Shown: positions 22,798 through 32,560 of the stretch, piece by piece
Numbering within the stretch: position 1 is the stretch's first letter
Layout: each line of letters starts with the position of its first letter
Source: Candidatus Poribacteria bacterium
Lineage (GTDB): Bacteria; Poribacteria; WGA-4E; WGA-3G
NCBI GenBank assembly: GCA_964291315.2
Contig: OZ219753.1
Location: 2,848,001 to 2,912,000 of the forward strand
Reading direction: 5' to 3'
DNA: 64,000 nt
Notes under the pieces: generated by a model
Told to the model about the DNA's origin: nothing
The model's input: the letters and a program-made list of their open reading frames with translations, nothing else
The model's database searches: none
Translations under genes and position numbers: made by a program

Positions 22798-25700
22798 TTA
22801 GTGTGAAAACATCAACTGTTTAAAGAGCGGGTCCAAGGGTTCAGCGCCGCGAACTATACTGTCGGTGTTGACGTAGACCTTGTCTGCCCCGTCGGTGAAT
22901 TTCTGCTGCGTAATGAAGCGGCAGTCTTGCTCCCAATCGTGTTCACGCCAGTCTTTGGTGGCACGCCAGATAACGGTTACGTTTTTCTGTTTGAGGGTGC
23001 CGCGGTAGATGAGGTAACGTCTATTGTTTTGGTCGTAAACGCATTGACGTGTTTGCACCGAGAGCCCCAGCAGATAGTTAAAGGTTTCAGGCAGGTCTAC
23101 CAGCTCGGTTGACAACTGCAGACCGTTGGCGATGTTGAGCTGATACTCGAATGGGTTTTGGAGCTGATCGATGTTCAAGAGCGTAGGACTTTCACGGGTT
23201 TCGTTGCCCAACAGGTAGCCAAGCAGCGGCTCCTTGAAAAGCGGATTATTGTGTGCTGTGAATTGGATGTTATTGAGGGCATCCTCATAAGATTCGATGC
23301 GTTGATATTTTATGATCTGGGAGAGGTGAGTTTCACGAGTGACAGGTTTGGCGTTCTTCCACTTTTCGGCATAGATGGCTTTTTTGAGGCGCGGTTTGAG
23401 GACTGTGTGAAAATGATGCCCCATTTCAATGAGGATGTATTTGCGTCTGCCGCCGTCTTGACGGTTGAGGTTGATGGTGGCGTGGGCAGTAGTGCCGCTG
23501 CCTGCGAAGTAGTCTAATACGGTATCCTTTTTGCCAAGAGAAGAGACGCGAAGGCAATCCTCAATGAGATAAATTGACTTAGGAAACAGAAAGGCAAGAG
23601 CATCACCCAGCATGTTTGTTAGAAAACGGGTTCCATGTGCCGTTGCTGAATATTCTTTATTGTTCCACCATGTTGTTGGTAAGGTGCCTTCTTCGTTTAA
23701 ATATCTTTTAAAACGAATCCTGATATTACCATACACATCCGCTGTAGCCGACAATTCAGATAAGGAGAGTTTTTCTTGCAAAGTTTCGACACCATATCCC
23801 CATGTCATCTCTTCTCCACTTGAATTTATTGGCCAAATATCTTGTTCACCAAATTGAGTCGATTCTAATAATTCCCATCGCCGGGAAACCTCATTCCACC
23901 TCATCTGCGGTATTCTAATCTGGTCGTCTTCGACAAAAAGTGGATAGAATAAACGTGGACTTGCTTCTCTATGTGTATTAGGGCCCCCAGATTTCCTGAG
24001 AGGTCTCCATTCAAATTTGCCTTGCTTATCGACCTCAGAATACTTCTCAAGTTGTTTTTCTGTCCATTCAACGCGGCCGACTTGTGAGGCGTCAGATATA
24101 CCGAAAAACATAGCGTATTCATGGGCAGGGGCAAAGCCCGTGGGTCTTTTGCGACCTCCGGGGTTAGAGCAGACTGCTACAATCGCTAATTCATTTTCTT
24201 TGTTAAGAAAGTTCTGGAGCAGATACCGTAGATGGGTGGATTCTACATCATCAATAGAGGCACAGAGGATGCCGTCGGCTGCTAACAATTCGCGTGAAAC
24301 TGAAATCCGATCTGCCATTAGCGAGATCCATGATGAATCTTTATAATTGTTTTTATACAGAATTGCAGAAGCAGCAGTATTATAGGGTGGGTCAATGTAG
24401 ATAGTTTTTAGAGATTCGCGATATTTCTCGGTCAGAAGGTTTAACCCTTGGAAGTTCTCACCGTGAATGAGTATGCCATCGGTTTGGGTGTCCAAATTGT
24501 CAAAATGTGCCAAGAGACGATCCGTGAAGTCAGGATCGAAGTGACAGGTATCTATGACGAGATTCGGATTTTCTTTGAGGAAGTTAACAGAGAGCGGCTC
24601 TGTGTAATCTGTATCAATACAGCTGTTGTCTATTTCGTGAATAGAAAACAGCGCTTTCCACTCCTTAAGTTGGGCGAGGTTTTGTGCAATTTCGGGGTAG
24701 AATTCTTCCGGCACCCGGTCGAGGGTGAGACAGTAGTCGGTGGAGAGGACAAATTTCTTTTTCAGCCAGAGTGTTTTTTGGAATTCTTCAATGTGGGAGA
24801 GAAAATCGATAATTTGAAGGGCGATGTCGTGAACGAGTTTTGCGGTTTCAAAGTAATTATTACTATAAGTTAATTTACCCCCCCCTTCAATCTTAACGTC
24901 CGTTAACATTAGGTTGGCCAACGGAAGCACTTCGTTTTTGATATAGACATCGAGTTCGCGGTTGAGGAACTGCTTGAGGTCTTTATGGATGAAGAAATCG
25001 GCTGTATTTCGGCGGGTATAGGCGCGAAGGTGTTTTTTGAGGGTGGTCTCGCCGCCTGTTTGACGCTCAAGTGCAGATAGGGCCTTATAGTGCTTCGTCA
25101 GTTTTTCAATGATTTTGAATTCAGCGGTGTCAATAATCTTGTCCTGTTGCTTCTGACCGCCATGGTGTTTCTTTTCTGCATCGGTGAGAGGCCGGTATTC
25201 AATGGGGATGCAGATGTGATCGGTTTCTGACGAGTAGGTTGTTTCGGCAGGCAGCGGAACGAAAAATCGTTTTGTTCCTTGGACGTTATCCTTTTCAATA
25301 TTTGCCTCGCGGAGGTCGAAGGTAACCGTGATTCCTTGTGATTTAAAGCTATAAGCGGCGAAGTACTCGCCACTTTTGACGTAGTACTGGTCTCGGTTTG
25401 CCCAGTGGAGATATACCTCTTCTCCGTTGTAGGGAACGGCGTAACGTTGGGTTTGGGAATAGCGTCTACGCGGAATGAAGTCGCCATTTTCGTAGTAACG
25501 AGAGAAAAAGGTATAGAGGTGGTTGGACACTGCGGCTTCGCGTTGTTCTCGGTTTTGCGGGGAACCGTGCTGTTTTTTTGCCGCGAGGTAGTCTTGGATG
25601 AGCGGGCGTTCTGTGTAGGCTTCATTGATGAGGTTACCGTCAGCATCTAGTATTTCTTCTCCGAGGTTATTGCCGAGTTCTCGGACTCGGTTTTCAAGTT

Positions 25701-25905
25701 GACGGATGTGTTCATGTGCGGAGTCTGCTTCGGTGTTGGCATCAAGTTCATCGTTGATAATGCGCGGCAATTCCTCGTTGATGAAGGCTTGGATCTGGTT
25801 GCGCCGGTAGTTGATGATGCGGTAGATGCCGAAGTCCAGATCTGCGGTGTCTGCGCGAAACAGCTTCTGAAGTAGGGTTTGCAGTTTTTGTAAGGATGCT
25901 GACAT
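22798..25905 (-). CDS. mod: Type III DNA adenine methyltransferase Mod subunit
   Basis: 'IYIDPPYN' motif IV, 'FPKS', 'LDYFAGSGTT' motif I (beta order), long N-terminus 'LDFGIYRIIN'. Confidence 0.92.
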   Translation of the reverse strand: MSASLQKLQTLLQKLFRADTADLDFGIYRIINYRRNQIQAFINEELPRIINDELDANTEADSAHEHIRQLENRVRELGNNLGEEILDADGNLINEAYTERPLIQDYLAAKKQHGSPQNREQREAAVSNHLYTFFSRYYENGDFIPRRRYSQTQRYAVPYNGEEVYLHWANRDQYYVKSGEYFAAYSFKSQGITVTFDLREANIEKDNVQGTKRFFVPLPAETTYSSETDHICIPIEYRPLTDAEKKHHGGQKQQDKIIDTAEFKIIEKLTKHYKALSALERQTGGETTLKKHLRAYTRRNTADFFIHKDLKQFLNRELDVYIKNEVLPLANLMLTDVKIEGGGKLTYSNNYFETAKLVHDIALQIIDFLSHIEEFQKTLWLKKKFVLSTDYCLTLDRVPEEFYPEIAQNLAQLKEWKALFSIHEIDNSCIDTDYTEPLSVNFLKENPNLVIDTCHFDPDFTDRLLAHFDNLDTQTDGILIHGENFQGLNLLTEKYRESLKTIYIDPPYNTAASAILYKNNYKDSSWISLMADRISVSRELLAADGILCASIDDVESTHLRYLLQNFLNKENELAIVAVCSNPGGRKRPTGFAPAHEYAMFFGISDASQVGRVEWTEKQLEKYSEVDKQGKFEWRPLRKSGGPNTHREASPRLFYPLFVEDDQIRIPQMRWNEVSRRWELLESTQFGEQDIWPINSSGEEMTWGYGVETLQEKLSLSELSATADVYGNIRIRFKRYLNEEGTLPTTWWNNKEYSATAHGTRFLTNMLGDALAFLFPKSIYLIEDCLRVSSLGKKDTVLDYFAGSGTTAHATINLNRQDGGRRKYILIEMGHHFHTVLKPRLKKAIYAEKWKNAKPVTRETHLSQIIKYQRIESYEDALNNIQFTAHNNPLFKEPLLGYLLGNETRESPTLLNIDQLQNPFEYQLNIANGLQLSTELVDLPETFNYLLGLSVQTRQCVYDQNNRRYLIYRGTLKQKNVTVIWRATKDWREHDWEQDCRFITQQKFTDGADKVYVNTDSIVRGAEPLDPLFKQLMFSH
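24878..24885 (-). repeat. G8 homopolymer inside mod (codes GGG of IEGGGK)
   Basis: C8 on the + strand, in frame in this assembly. Confidence 0.9.
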
Positions 25906-25942
25906 ATTTAACCTGATTATAGCGGATTTTGATTTCTTTATA

Positions 25943-25971
25943 ATTATAGCAAATTTTAATAGCTATATCAA
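25943..25971 (-). promoter_or_regulatory. Sigma70-type promoter for mod-res
   Basis: TTGATA-N17-TATAAT with an extended TG. Confidence 0.6.
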
Positions 25972-25997
25972 GAAAATCACACTTTTATTTCGGGCAT

Positions 25998-27125
25998 CTA
26001 ATTTCTAAAGAGGTTCAGGTATTTTTCTAAGACAAAGAGGCGGTTGCGTGAGTATCCTGTAATTTCCTTTAGTATGCCGAGTTCTGTTAAAGACTTTAGG
26101 AGCCGGTTTGCGGTTGGATAGTTTATGTTTAATTCGTCCACAACCCAATTTACCTTAACAATCGGTTGGGAGTACATAAAACGCAACAATTTTTGAGCGT
26201 TTTCCGCCCGAGCGCCTAGGGTGAAAATTTCTGTATCATATTCTTGGCGAAGTGCAGTAATAGATTTGAAAGTCTCTCGTGTGCGTTTTGCAGCATCAGC
26301 GATTCCATTTAAGAAAAATACGATCCACTGTTCTATATTATTCAATTTACGAACTCTAGTAAGTGAATCGTAGTATGCATCTTTATGTCTCTGAAAAAAG
26401 GTAGATATATAAAGCCCTGGCCTTTCAAGTATCTTTGCGCCAATGAGTTGTAAGACAATTAGCAACCTGCCGGCCCTGCCGTTTCCATCCAAAAAAGGGT
26501 GGATGGTTTCAAACTGGTAATGCGTAATAGCGATTTTGATAAGAGGCGGCAGTTGTAGCGACGGATTGTGCCAAAATTTTTCCAAATCGCTTAAAAGATC
26601 AGGAACCTCTTCTGGAGATGCGGGGACAAAGAAGGCATCAGAAAGCGTTGAACCGCCAATCCAATTTTGGCTTCTGCGAATTTCGCCAGGGGCTTTGTGT
26701 TTGCCGCGAACGCCCGAGAGTAATATCTTGTGTGCCTCCTTTACAAGTCGCATGCACAGTGGAAGTTCAGACAATTTAGCTATCGCGAAGTGCATCGCTT
26801 CAATATAGTTTCGAACCTCCCGCCTATCCTCTCGTCTGATTGGGGGAACGTCGGCTTGTGGTAGGACAACTTCATCAAGTTCAGTTCTTGTACCTTCGAG
26901 CAAGTTTGAATCTCGAGCTTCTTTTTTGATAGTCATTTGAATGAAGAAATCAACATCCGGTATAAGTTCTGCGTAAGCGTTTAATTCTCCTAAGAGGTGC
27001 ATTGCCTCTGCCATCAAAACGTTTATCTGTGGATTTTTCCAAGCAAAATGACGATTCACGAAGAAGGGTGTAAAGCTCTTGTATTTTTGTTGCTGCTTGT
27101 ATTCACCCGCTACGAATTTTGTCAT
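25998..27125 (-). CDS. Fic family protein with C-terminal HTH
   Basis: HPFLDGNGRAGR Fic motif, 'SNLLEG' inhibitory-type motif, C-terminal wHTH 'YPTANRLLKSL...GILKEITGYSRNR'. Start at MTKF follows a GGGGAAAA RBS. Confidence 0.9.
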   Translation of the reverse strand: MTKFVAGEYKQQQKYKSFTPFFVNRHFAWKNPQINVLMAEAMHLLGELNAYAELIPDVDFFIQMTIKKEARDSNLLEGTRTELDEVVLPQADVPPIRREDRREVRNYIEAMHFAIAKLSELPLCMRLVKEAHKILLSGVRGKHKAPGEIRRSQNWIGGSTLSDAFFVPASPEEVPDLLSDLEKFWHNPSLQLPPLIKIAITHYQFETIHPFLDGNGRAGRLLIVLQLIGAKILERPGLYISTFFQRHKDAYYDSLTRVRKLNNIEQWIVFFLNGIADAAKRTRETFKSITALRQEYDTEIFTLGARAENAQKLLRFMYSQPIVKVNWVVDELNINYPTANRLLKSLTELGILKEITGYSRNRLFVLEKYLNLFRN

Positions 27126-27142
27126 ATTATCGTTTTCCCCTA

Positions 27143-27233
27143 TTTTTGACAATATAGAATTCCATATTATCATTTTTGGGCGTTTTTGACAATATAGAAT
27201 TCCATATTATCATTTTTGGGTGTTTTTGATAAT
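27143..27233. repeat. 40-bp-period tandem repeat carrying 24-bp imperfect palindromes (candidate operators)
   Basis: tttttgacaatatagaattccatattatcatttttggg at 27143-27180 and 27183-27220, plus a partial third copy from 27223. Confidence 0.9.
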
Positions 27234-27248
27234 GGCAAGTGCCGGAAA

Positions 27249-28235
27249 TTATGATGTTGGTGCTACTGTATTTCGAACTTCGTTAACAACGGTGTCCGGT
27301 TCAATGCTTTCGCCTTGTCCCTCGAAGTTAAGCAGAATGCGGTGCCGGAGCGCCGGGAGCAGCACGGTATCAATATCGGTGAAAGCGACGTTGTAGCGTT
27401 CATCGAGGAGGGCATTAATTTTAGCGGTGAGGACTATGGCTTGCACGCTCCGAATACCGGCACCGAGGTGGACGTAGCGTTTCACGATCTCGGGTGCGGT
27501 CTCAGAATCGGGATGTGTGGCGCGGACGAGCCGGACGATGTGGCGTTCTACATGCTCGGCGATGATGACCTGTGGGACAAGTCGGCGCATCTCGTTTAGT
27601 GTTTCTGCATCCGTCACCTTATCTATTGTGATATGAGCGCCGGAGGTGGTCCGGCGTAGGATTTCCACAATTTCATCTTCATTTGGGAAGTCGATGAGGA
27701 GTTTAAACAGAAACCGATCGAGTTGCGCCTCTGGCAGCGGGTAGGTGCCCTCCATCTCCAACGGATTTTGTGTGGCTAAAACGCAGAAGGGTTCTTCTAG
27801 CCCGTGGCTGGTTCGTCCGACAGTGACTGTATGTTCTTGCATGGCTTCCAAGAGTGCGGATTGTGTGCGCGGTGTTGCGCGGTTGATCTCGTCAGCTAGG
27901 ATGAGTTGGGAGAAAATGGGACCTTCTTGAAATTCAAACTGTCTTCTGCCGTGTTCATCTTCGACGAGGAGTGTTGTGCCGGTAATGTCGGATGGCATCA
28001 TATCCGGGGTGAATTGGATCCGCTTGAAGGAGAGGTCAAGTGCTTCACTGAGCGTGTAGATAAGCTGCGTTTTGCCCAAGCCGGGGATACCTTCAAGGAG
28101 CGCATGCCCCTTCGCAAGTAGGCAGAAGAGTACCCCCTCAATAATTGCGTCTTGACCGACTATACGTTTTTGGACTTCGGCTTTGACGCTGTAAAAAGTT
28201 TCTCGGAACTGCTGGGTCTGGGTCTCTACGTTCAT
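27249..28235 (-). CDS. MoxR family AAA+ ATPase
   Basis: GIPGLGKT, 'RIQFTPDMMPSD', 'LADEINRATPRTQSALLEAMQE', 'EGTYPLPEAQLDRF'. Confidence 0.95.
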   Translation of the reverse strand: MNVETQTQQFRETFYSVKAEVQKRIVGQDAIIEGVLFCLLAKGHALLEGIPGLGKTQLIYTLSEALDLSFKRIQFTPDMMPSDITGTTLLVEDEHGRRQFEFQEGPIFSQLILADEINRATPRTQSALLEAMQEHTVTVGRTSHGLEEPFCVLATQNPLEMEGTYPLPEAQLDRFLFKLLIDFPNEDEIVEILRRTTSGAHITIDKVTDAETLNEMRRLVPQVIIAEHVERHIVRLVRATHPDSETAPEIVKRYVHLGAGIRSVQAIVLTAKINALLDERYNVAFTDIDTVLLPALRHRILLNFEGQGESIEPDTVVNEVRNTVAPTS

Positions 28236-28281
28236 AGTGTTTCAAGGCACTTGGAGCCTGCCTATTGAAGATCGAGAAATC

Positions 28282-29331
28282 CTACCAATTATCTCTCGTG
28301 ACGTAGAGGGTTCGGTTTTGCATCGGAAGCGAGACACGCTTGCCGCCCAGTCGATGGGATTCAATCATGCCCATGAGCATCTCTTGACTGCGTCGGGCAA
28401 GGTGGACGGGCCCTTTCGTCTCGCGGTCTTCGTCGAGGGCTTCGGCAATGTCAGTGATTCCCATGAGCGTGCCGGTGGCGCGGGAAGTCTCTGGAAACGG
28501 CGCTTCTTCGAAGAAGGTTCCACTCTTTTTTCGAAATTGGATGTCCCTGCTGTTATTTTGCACACGGATCTTACCGCCGGTGCCGCAGACCTCATGTTCT
28601 GGGCCGGTACCTGCGGTATTATAGCCGTGGACCCCGTTGGAAAAACGGATGTAACCCGAGGCGATTCCGGGGTCGACGTTGAGGCGGTTGCCGTCCCAGT
28701 CTGAATCTTTGCATAGGATCGTGCCTTGAACGAAGTCTACCTCTGGATCGCCCGCGAGGAAAAGAAGCATGTCGGCGGCATGCGTCAAGCCCCAGAGAGC
28801 GGAGCTCACCCCGTATTGGGCGATGGTACATTGGACATCACCGATTTCGCCTGCTTCCACGAGTTCACGGACTCTCCGATAGAGTGGCATGTAGCGGCGC
28901 TGCGTGCCGTAGTTGAATTTGACCCCGTGTTTTTGAACGATATCTACCATGGTGTCCGCTTCTTCCATAGAGCAACAGAGCGGTTTCTCACAATAGATAC
29001 CTTTGACGTTGTTTTCGGCGGCAAAGACGGTGATGTCGGCGTGTGGCCCGGGTCGCGTGGCGATACAGACGATGTCGGGTTTCTCTTTTTGGATCATCTC
29101 TTCATAATCGGTATAAGCGCGCTCCGCGCCGTAGCGTTGGCGGATGGTCTCGGCTTTTTCGGCGAAGACATCGGAGACGGCGACAAGGTTGGTCCGTTCA
29201 CAGGCAACGGCAGCGGCAGCGTGTGAGAACGGTTGCCAAATAAAGCTATCGGGCCTGTCTGCGACTTCGTCGTCTATGGTTGCACCCATTCGTCCGCATC
29301 CGATGAGGCAGGTTTTGTATGTACGTGGCAT
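28282..29331 (-). CDS. Gfo/Idh/MocA oxidoreductase
   Basis: GCGRMG, 'CEKP'. Confidence 0.88.
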   Translation of the reverse strand: MPRTYKTCLIGCGRMGATIDDEVADRPDSFIWQPFSHAAAAVACERTNLVAVSDVFAEKAETIRQRYGAERAYTDYEEMIQKEKPDIVCIATRPGPHADITVFAAENNVKGIYCEKPLCCSMEEADTMVDIVQKHGVKFNYGTQRRYMPLYRRVRELVEAGEIGDVQCTIAQYGVSSALWGLTHAADMLLFLAGDPEVDFVQGTILCKDSDWDGNRLNVDPGIASGYIRFSNGVHGYNTAGTGPEHEVCGTGGKIRVQNNSRDIQFRKKSGTFFEEAPFPETSRATGTLMGITDIAEALDEDRETKGPVHLARRSQEMLMGMIESHRLGGKRVSLPMQNRTLYVTRDNW

Positions 29332-29464
29332 GGTTTTCTCCGGTAAACATAGGTAGTGATAAGGTTGAAGGTTAGGCACAAGATTCTTGAGCGATCAGCT
29401 ATCTGTGTCCAAAATTTTTTAATATGTTATAAGGATCCGAAGTCCTTGTCAAGTCTATGCAGAA

Positions 29465-30919
29465 TCATTCGCCGGTGTAGAGTTTCCCAAAATAAGGTCG
29501 GAAGCCTGCGGGTCCGGGGTATCCGTTCCAATAGGTTGGGTTGGCGGGGAATGGTTCTTCGCCGCCGCTGCGGAGCCATGCCATTAGTGCTGGATCGGTG
29601 CCGCGGTGTTCTATTTCATCGAGAGCGTCGGCGTGCAGTTTGGCAACAATATCGGGATGTTCGCTCGCGATGTCCTCCAATTCGCCGAGTCGGACGAGTC
29701 TTGAATTTTGAGGTTTTATGCCGACTTCTAAGCTCCATTCACGATTAAAAACGGTGAACAGGTTGATGTTCGGGTTTTGTGTGGCGTTTGCCCATCGCTC
29801 GATGCTTCCGCCTGAGAGCGCGAGTTCCCTTTTCCCGGATGCCCGGTTGCGTGCAGGCGTTAATATATCATGTCCTTCGATGCTGTCAGGATGCTCTGCC
29901 CCTAAGAGATTGAGGATTGTCGGGAAGAAATCTTGGGGTTGAACGATAACATTACTTCTGCCTGTGTCTGCTTCGGGGAGCCGGATAAAGAGTGGCACAT
30001 GTGCTTCCTGTTGACGAACGGGCTGTGCTTTGCCAAATCTGCCGCGTTCCCCTACGTTTGTGCCGTGGTCAGCAGTAAAGATGACGGCGGTATTTTTGTC
30101 AAGTCCGGTAGTTTCAAGTGCGTCAAGGAATTGCCCGAAACAGTGGTCCATCCATGTTGTTTTCGCGGCGTATTGTGCTTTGATGTGTTGTTTGGCTTCG
30201 GTTGAGAGGTTTGCATTCCCTCTGGCTCCAAGGCTGCGCGGATCAACACGTCCGTCGTAACCTGGACGGGTGTCGTATTTTTTCATGAATTCAGGCGGAG
30301 AATCCCAGGGTTCATGGGGATCGAAGCAGTCTACCCAGAGGAAAAAGTTGTCCCGTTTGGCGTTGTCTTTGAGGAATTGTGCGGCGGTGTTAAAGAGTCT
30401 TGCACAGTTCCAATCTTCTGGTTTTTTGCGATGTCGGTTGGCGCGTGCGTAGCTCCGGAGCATGCCTGATTCAGCTGCTTTGTCATCGATGCAATCAAAG
30501 AGTGGTTGCCGGTTCCAGTTGTCGGGCCATGTTACGGTATCGGAGATCCAATCTCTGTCGACTTCTGCCCCGCGAACGAATGTCCATGCGTGAAAGGGCC
30601 AGTCGAAATTATGTCCACCGTTGACGAGATGCGGTGTATCGTGAATGAGCTGTGTGGCGTAACCGTTCTCTGCAAGCGTCGATGGTAACGTTTTGCGTTC
30701 GTGCCGGAGTGGTTTCCATGGATGGATTGGTGCGCCGTATTGTCCGGTGATGACGTCTGTTCGATAAGGGATGGTTGGGAAACTGGCGCAGAAAGTGTAG
30801 TCGAATGCTAGGGCTGTGGAGGCGAATCGGTCGATGTTGGGTGTTTCTATCCAATCATTTCCGTTTGCCCCGATGTAGTCGTAGCGGAGTGTATCAATAA
30901 CGATATAGGCGATGTTCAT
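29465..30919 (-). CDS. Sulfatase-like hydrolase with Thr at the usual Cys/Ser position
   Basis: 'IDTLRYD', 'ASFPTIPYR', 'FDPHEPWD', 'ADHG'. Confidence 0.85.
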   Translation of the reverse strand: MNIAYIVIDTLRYDYIGANGNDWIETPNIDRFASTALAFDYTFCASFPTIPYRTDVITGQYGAPIHPWKPLRHERKTLPSTLAENGYATQLIHDTPHLVNGGHNFDWPFHAWTFVRGAEVDRDWISDTVTWPDNWNRQPLFDCIDDKAAESGMLRSYARANRHRKKPEDWNCARLFNTAAQFLKDNAKRDNFFLWVDCFDPHEPWDSPPEFMKKYDTRPGYDGRVDPRSLGARGNANLSTEAKQHIKAQYAAKTTWMDHCFGQFLDALETTGLDKNTAVIFTADHGTNVGERGRFGKAQPVRQQEAHVPLFIRLPEADTGRSNVIVQPQDFFPTILNLLGAEHPDSIEGHDILTPARNRASGKRELALSGGSIERWANATQNPNINLFTVFNREWSLEVGIKPQNSRLVRLGELEDIASEHPDIVAKLHADALDEIEHRGTDPALMAWLRSGGEEPFPANPTYWNGYPGPAGFRPYFGKLYTGE

Positions 30920-30964
30920 TTTTATTGTTCCTTTATTACGGTATGGCAGCGCATGCGTGTGAGT

Positions 30965-31711
30965 TTACCATTTCGGAATTGCACCGAGCAGGAGTTTCTG
31001 TTGCGGTGTGCCTTCTTCTCGGAGTTTTGTGACGCGCGGGCCATCGAAGGGTTCCCTAGATTTCATCCATGCATTTTGATAGCACATGAGACAGACGCGT
31101 CGGTGTTGTGATGACGTATTGGCAGCTCCTCGGTGCCACGTCCATCCATCGAACATGACTGCTTGCCCTGGGGATACGAGGATCCGTTTCTCGTCTGGAA
31201 GTTCTACGGGACTCGGCGGTGGACGGAACGGGGCCCTATGGCTCCCGGGCTGGATGACAGTGGGGCCGGTATCATTGGTGATCTCGTCGAGGTAGTATCC
31301 GCAGTTAATCTGTGCGGGGAGACTGCCGTAAGGCGTTCCGTGTGGTGCTACGGGCCACGGTCCATCGCGATGCCAATTCTGGTCAGTCGTTCCGGGTTCA
31401 GTGATACGCGCCGTCGCGCTGTGCAGCTGTATGCAGGTGCCGAGGATGGCCTCTATTCGTCTGAGAACGGTTGGATTGTCGAGTAAAAACGCGAACCGTT
31501 TGTCTTCTTCAAGCAGTTCCCCGATGAATTGGCTTTTATTGTTGCGTTCGTAGCTTTCATCGAGTGCTTCGCGCAGCGATTCGATCTGCTGGGGTGTTAC
31601 TGCGTTATCGATGATGAGATACCCCCAATTCAGGAAGAAGTTGACCTCCTGTTGCAGCGCGGGGTCCGATTCAACGTTGAGCGTTGCGGGGACGACGCTT
31701 GGATTAACCAT
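30965..31711 (-). CDS. PhyH family dioxygenase
   Basis: 'WHRD', 'PGSH', 'WHRGAAN...RR'. Confidence 0.85.
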   Translation of the reverse strand: MVNPSVVPATLNVESDPALQQEVNFFLNWGYLIIDNAVTPQQIESLREALDESYERNNKSQFIGELLEEDKRFAFLLDNPTVLRRIEAILGTCIQLHSATARITEPGTTDQNWHRDGPWPVAPHGTPYGSLPAQINCGYYLDEITNDTGPTVIQPGSHRAPFRPPPSPVELPDEKRILVSPGQAVMFDGWTWHRGAANTSSQHRRVCLMCYQNAWMKSREPFDGPRVTKLREEGTPQQKLLLGAIPKW

Positions 31712-31714
31712 CGC

Positions 31715-32539
31715 TCATTTCTCCTTTATTGCTTGTCGGTCGGCGGCCGCCCATTCCGTCCATCGTTCTTCATCGGAGTGCAGGAAGCCGGAGTTGCATC
31801 GAGGCTGAAGGTTTTCATCTACCCCCAGAAGTCGCATGTGTTGATGGTTATTGGCGGCTTTTGCGGTTTCTAGCAACTCCTGTGTGTGTGTGCCGGTGTG
31901 ATGGTCGGTGTGTTTCAGCCATGTCAGATTATAATAGATACTGAAGAAATAGCGTAACTTTCCAGAGGTATTCGGTGTGCCGGAGTGAATGAGTCCATTA
32001 TGTGTAATAATGACATCCCCGGCTTTCATGTGGATAAGTGCTTCACCCGGATGGGGCTTGTCGCGTTCTGTATCTGCCATGGTAATCGGCTTGCGGTGTG
32101 ATCCGACAAGCACGCGTAGGGGCCCGGACTCGTCTGTCAGGTCTTGCAGATAGGAGATAGCATTAATGGCGTTTGGACGGTGATATGCGTCGGTATATGG
32201 AACGTGTGCCCACCGGTCACGATGCCATCCTGAGACTCTGCCGGCGGCTTTTCCTTTTTCAATTGACGGAAACGCGGCGAGTGTGAGGTTGTCTAATTGC
32301 ACGAAGGGTCCCATCACCCTTTCTAGAAACGCAAGGAGTACCGGGTGTGAGACGGCGGGCCACATCAGATCGGGCGCGAGTTCGAGCGTATTGCCGAACC
32401 AGGTTTGTCCGTTGTTGGCTGCCGAGAGTTCAGCGTGCTTTTCTCGCCAACTTTGCATCTGTAGTTCGTCAAATAGACTCTCGACAATTGTAAACCCATC
32501 TTGTTTATACGTTTCAAAACGTTCGTTTAATGTTGGCAT
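31715..32539 (-). CDS. PhyH family dioxygenase
   Basis: 'WHRD', 'GPLRVLVGSH', 'HSGTPN...R'. Confidence 0.85.
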   Translation of the reverse strand: MPTLNERFETYKQDGFTIVESLFDELQMQSWREKHAELSAANNGQTWFGNTLELAPDLMWPAVSHPVLLAFLERVMGPFVQLDNLTLAAFPSIEKGKAAGRVSGWHRDRWAHVPYTDAYHRPNAINAISYLQDLTDESGPLRVLVGSHRKPITMADTERDKPHPGEALIHMKAGDVIITHNGLIHSGTPNTSGKLRYFFSIYYNLTWLKHTDHHTGTHTQELLETAKAANNHQHMRLLGVDENLQPRCNSGFLHSDEERWTEWAAADRQAIKEK

Positions 32540-32560
32540 ATTCGTGTTCCTACAGATTGA

